A stretch of 63,810 nucleotides of DNA, filler included, from Choristocarpus tenellus KU-1152 (lineage: Eukaryota > Protista > Phaeophyceae), in assembly GCA_964200185.2 (NCBI GenBank). It is 11 parts of 11 records of this genome, joined end to end, with 100 filler letters (N's around TTAATTAATTAA, not from the genome) between each part and the next. Parts side by side here need not be neighbours in the genome. Positions count along the whole stretch, not along the records: positions 57,749 to 63,810 come from CAXNAD020009039.1; 10 more parts are not named here. One strand, written 5' to 3'. Below, piece after piece: positions 61,564 through 63,810 of the stretch. Both the position numbers and the translations under genes were made by a program. The notes beneath the pieces are model-generated. The model was not told the origin of the DNA, ran no database searches, and saw nothing but the letters and a program-made list of their open reading frames with translations. Position 1 is the first letter of the stretch. Every line of letters starts with the position of its first letter.

Positions 61564-63727
61564 ATGGGTATTTTTATCTCTCGCCTATTCGACATCATCA
61601 CTGGACTTCAGGCAAGTCCTGCTAGCATAGGGCATTGCCCCCCCCCTTTTTTTGGTGTAGTCATAGTTGCTGCGCGTTGCATGTTACATCATGCACATCG
61701 GCCGTGCTAGTTCGTCAAATATATAGGCAACATCGCGTGTTTGTTGGTTCTAGTTTAGATTTCTTGTTGCGAGGATTGTATACGATATCATGTCGGTGTT
61801 TTCCAGTGTGCTACCAAATGCAACCTCCTAATATTGCTGTTTCGCAATCTACTACGACCCTACGACAGGAAAGACGACTTGTTATGCTGGGCCTGGACGC
61901 CGCAGGAAAGACCTCCATACTATACAAGCTTCACTTGGGCGAAAATGTTCACACGATACCCACTGTTGGATTCAATGTGGAGCACGTCCAGTACAAGAAA
62001 ATGGATATGACCATCTGGTAAGAAGGTGGCATGCTCAAGGTGGTAGAGATTATGTCAGCAATGGAGATCAATTAGGGTATATGAAAATGTCAATCTTCTT
62101 ACATACTTGGCTTTGGTAAATGAAAGCAATCAATACTTCCCAAGAGTTGGCACCGAACATCTCATTGGGTACGCATTCTGAATTCTTCCCATACTAGGGT
62201 GTAAGATGGACAATTGTATTGTTGTTGGTGGACAGTATTCGACACAGTTGAGAGGTTGTTGTCTCTCGATCGTCCTAACAGTGTTCAATTTTTATATTGG
62301 TGTATACAATGTGGAAACAACTTTGGGTTGCTGTTGACCTATCTGTAGGTGGCCACTGATACGTACTTCCCTCTTACACTACTTTGATGTAGTTACGACG
62401 TGTGAGTATCGAGCAGGGTGTATCATAAATCAGGCACTCTTCTCCTCCCCTGTAGTCACCACTATTTTATCTCGGGTAATCTATGAAAAATAACGTTTTC
62501 CTCGTATCCTATTAGGGACATCGGTGGTCAGGACAGAATACGCCCGTTGTGGAGTCATTATTTCGCAGGCACTGATGCGCTCATCTTCGTGGTAGACTCT
62601 CAAGATCATGAACGACTGGACGAGGCATGGGGCGAGCTTTATCGTGTCCTTCGGGACCCTGCAATGGATGAGTGCCGCACAGTGCTTATCTTTCTCAACA
62701 AGCAGGTTTGTGCCGCGAGATTTCTCGCTTACACCATTGATGAATGCGCATGATACATACATAGATAGATAATACATATAATACCTGTTTGAAATTGTTC
62801 ATTTCCAATGTATACATGTCCCCACATCCAACCTCACCCTCCGTACCAATCAATGTGCCCAATGTGGCTCCGAATGCTTCCAGGACCTACCAGGTGCAGT
62901 TACGCCTAGTCAAGCGCTGGAAAAGCTCGCCATCGATAATCAAAGTCCTCTCAAGCATCGAAACTGGTACCTGCAGGTGGGAAATGATTTACGTTTGTTT
63001 TTTTCTTCACCTATCACATGGTATGCAAAGTACTTGCTGGGGGTGTGACTGCCCAAGCATTTCAGATTAGGTGCACAAGTTTTTTTTACATATACGTCTA
63101 TTGTGATTTACTCGAGTGCTTAGCACATTTTTGGACCAATGCAATAACGAAGATGCTAATACATTTTTTTTCGTGTAAATCACCCACATACTTGTTTTAT
63201 TCTGTATACCACTGTTTGCACTGGTGTACTCAGTTGTCATATTACAGTCTCGTTTTGACCCTAAGACATGTTTAAGCGCCTGGCTGCACCTCAAACCACA
63301 AAACAGCAAAACATAACACATAAGTAAATATTATTGCAGTATGTGCCGTGACCAATTTCCGAAGTAGAACATAGTAAACTGCTCAGGCCTCAACATTTTT
63401 CCCCTGTGCGATGAATGCCTCTCTCTCAGCAATATACTGTATTAATAATAATGGAGCCATGTTGTTGCATTTATTGAAGAGTTGTAGATTGTATATATTA
63501 TGTTCAATCTCACTGGTGTGTACATATTAACCCTCTAATCCCCAATCGATATTTAGGTTTGCGACATCTTGTCTTTGAGTGTATGATGACCGTGTCCTTT
63601 CTGTATCGACTCTATATGCTCTTCTTCAATAAAGGCTTGCTGTGCAGTTTCAGGCGAAGGTGTCTATGACGGGCTCGAGTGGCTATCCCAGACGATGAAA
63701 AAGCATCCAAAGAAGTTGGGCGTATAG
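61564..63727 (+). CDS. ARF: ADP-ribosylation factor family GTPase, complete, 190 aa (exons 61564-61611, 61869-62017, 62516-62705, 62884-62976, 63635-63727)
   Basis: MG N-terminus, [38 protein letters not shown]; all exons in phase; first intron is GC-AG. Confidence 0.96.
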
Positions 63728-63810
63728 AAAATATGGAGGTAGACTACGCTCCACCAAATACTTCAGCACAGACAAGACCACAGTAACCGGAATTCATTGG
63801 GCCCAGCCTC

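Overview
Eukaryotic nuclear DNA, most like a brown alga or close stramenopile relative (vanadium haloperoxidase, ROCO-type LRR N-cap, TTAGGG repeats, intron-rich genes). It is not one locus: 11 contigs are joined by ten artificial 100-bp linkers (44 N + TTAATTAATTAA + 44 N), so adjacency across linkers is not evidence of linkage. I reconstructed the spliced genes by hand. They are a complete 5-exon Arf-family GTPase, five exons of a vanadium-dependent haloperoxidase carrying the iodoperoxidase-type PAGH motif, a signal-peptide/RGG-thioredoxin, a Trx-like [2Fe-2S]+TPR gene head-to-head with an unknown gene, MORN, LRR and kinase fragments, and a coiled-coil gene. The rest is largely decayed transposons (Copia, chromodomain Gypsy, RLE-type LINE 3' ends, probable hAT) and three MITE families sharing a terminal AAAGTA core, including a triple-nested insertion. 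The most notable signals are several GC-donor introns, a telomeric array at a branch-point position, a patchy CpG-decay footprint, and an unidentified CpG-decayed ORF. I found no convincing wholly new multi-gene system.
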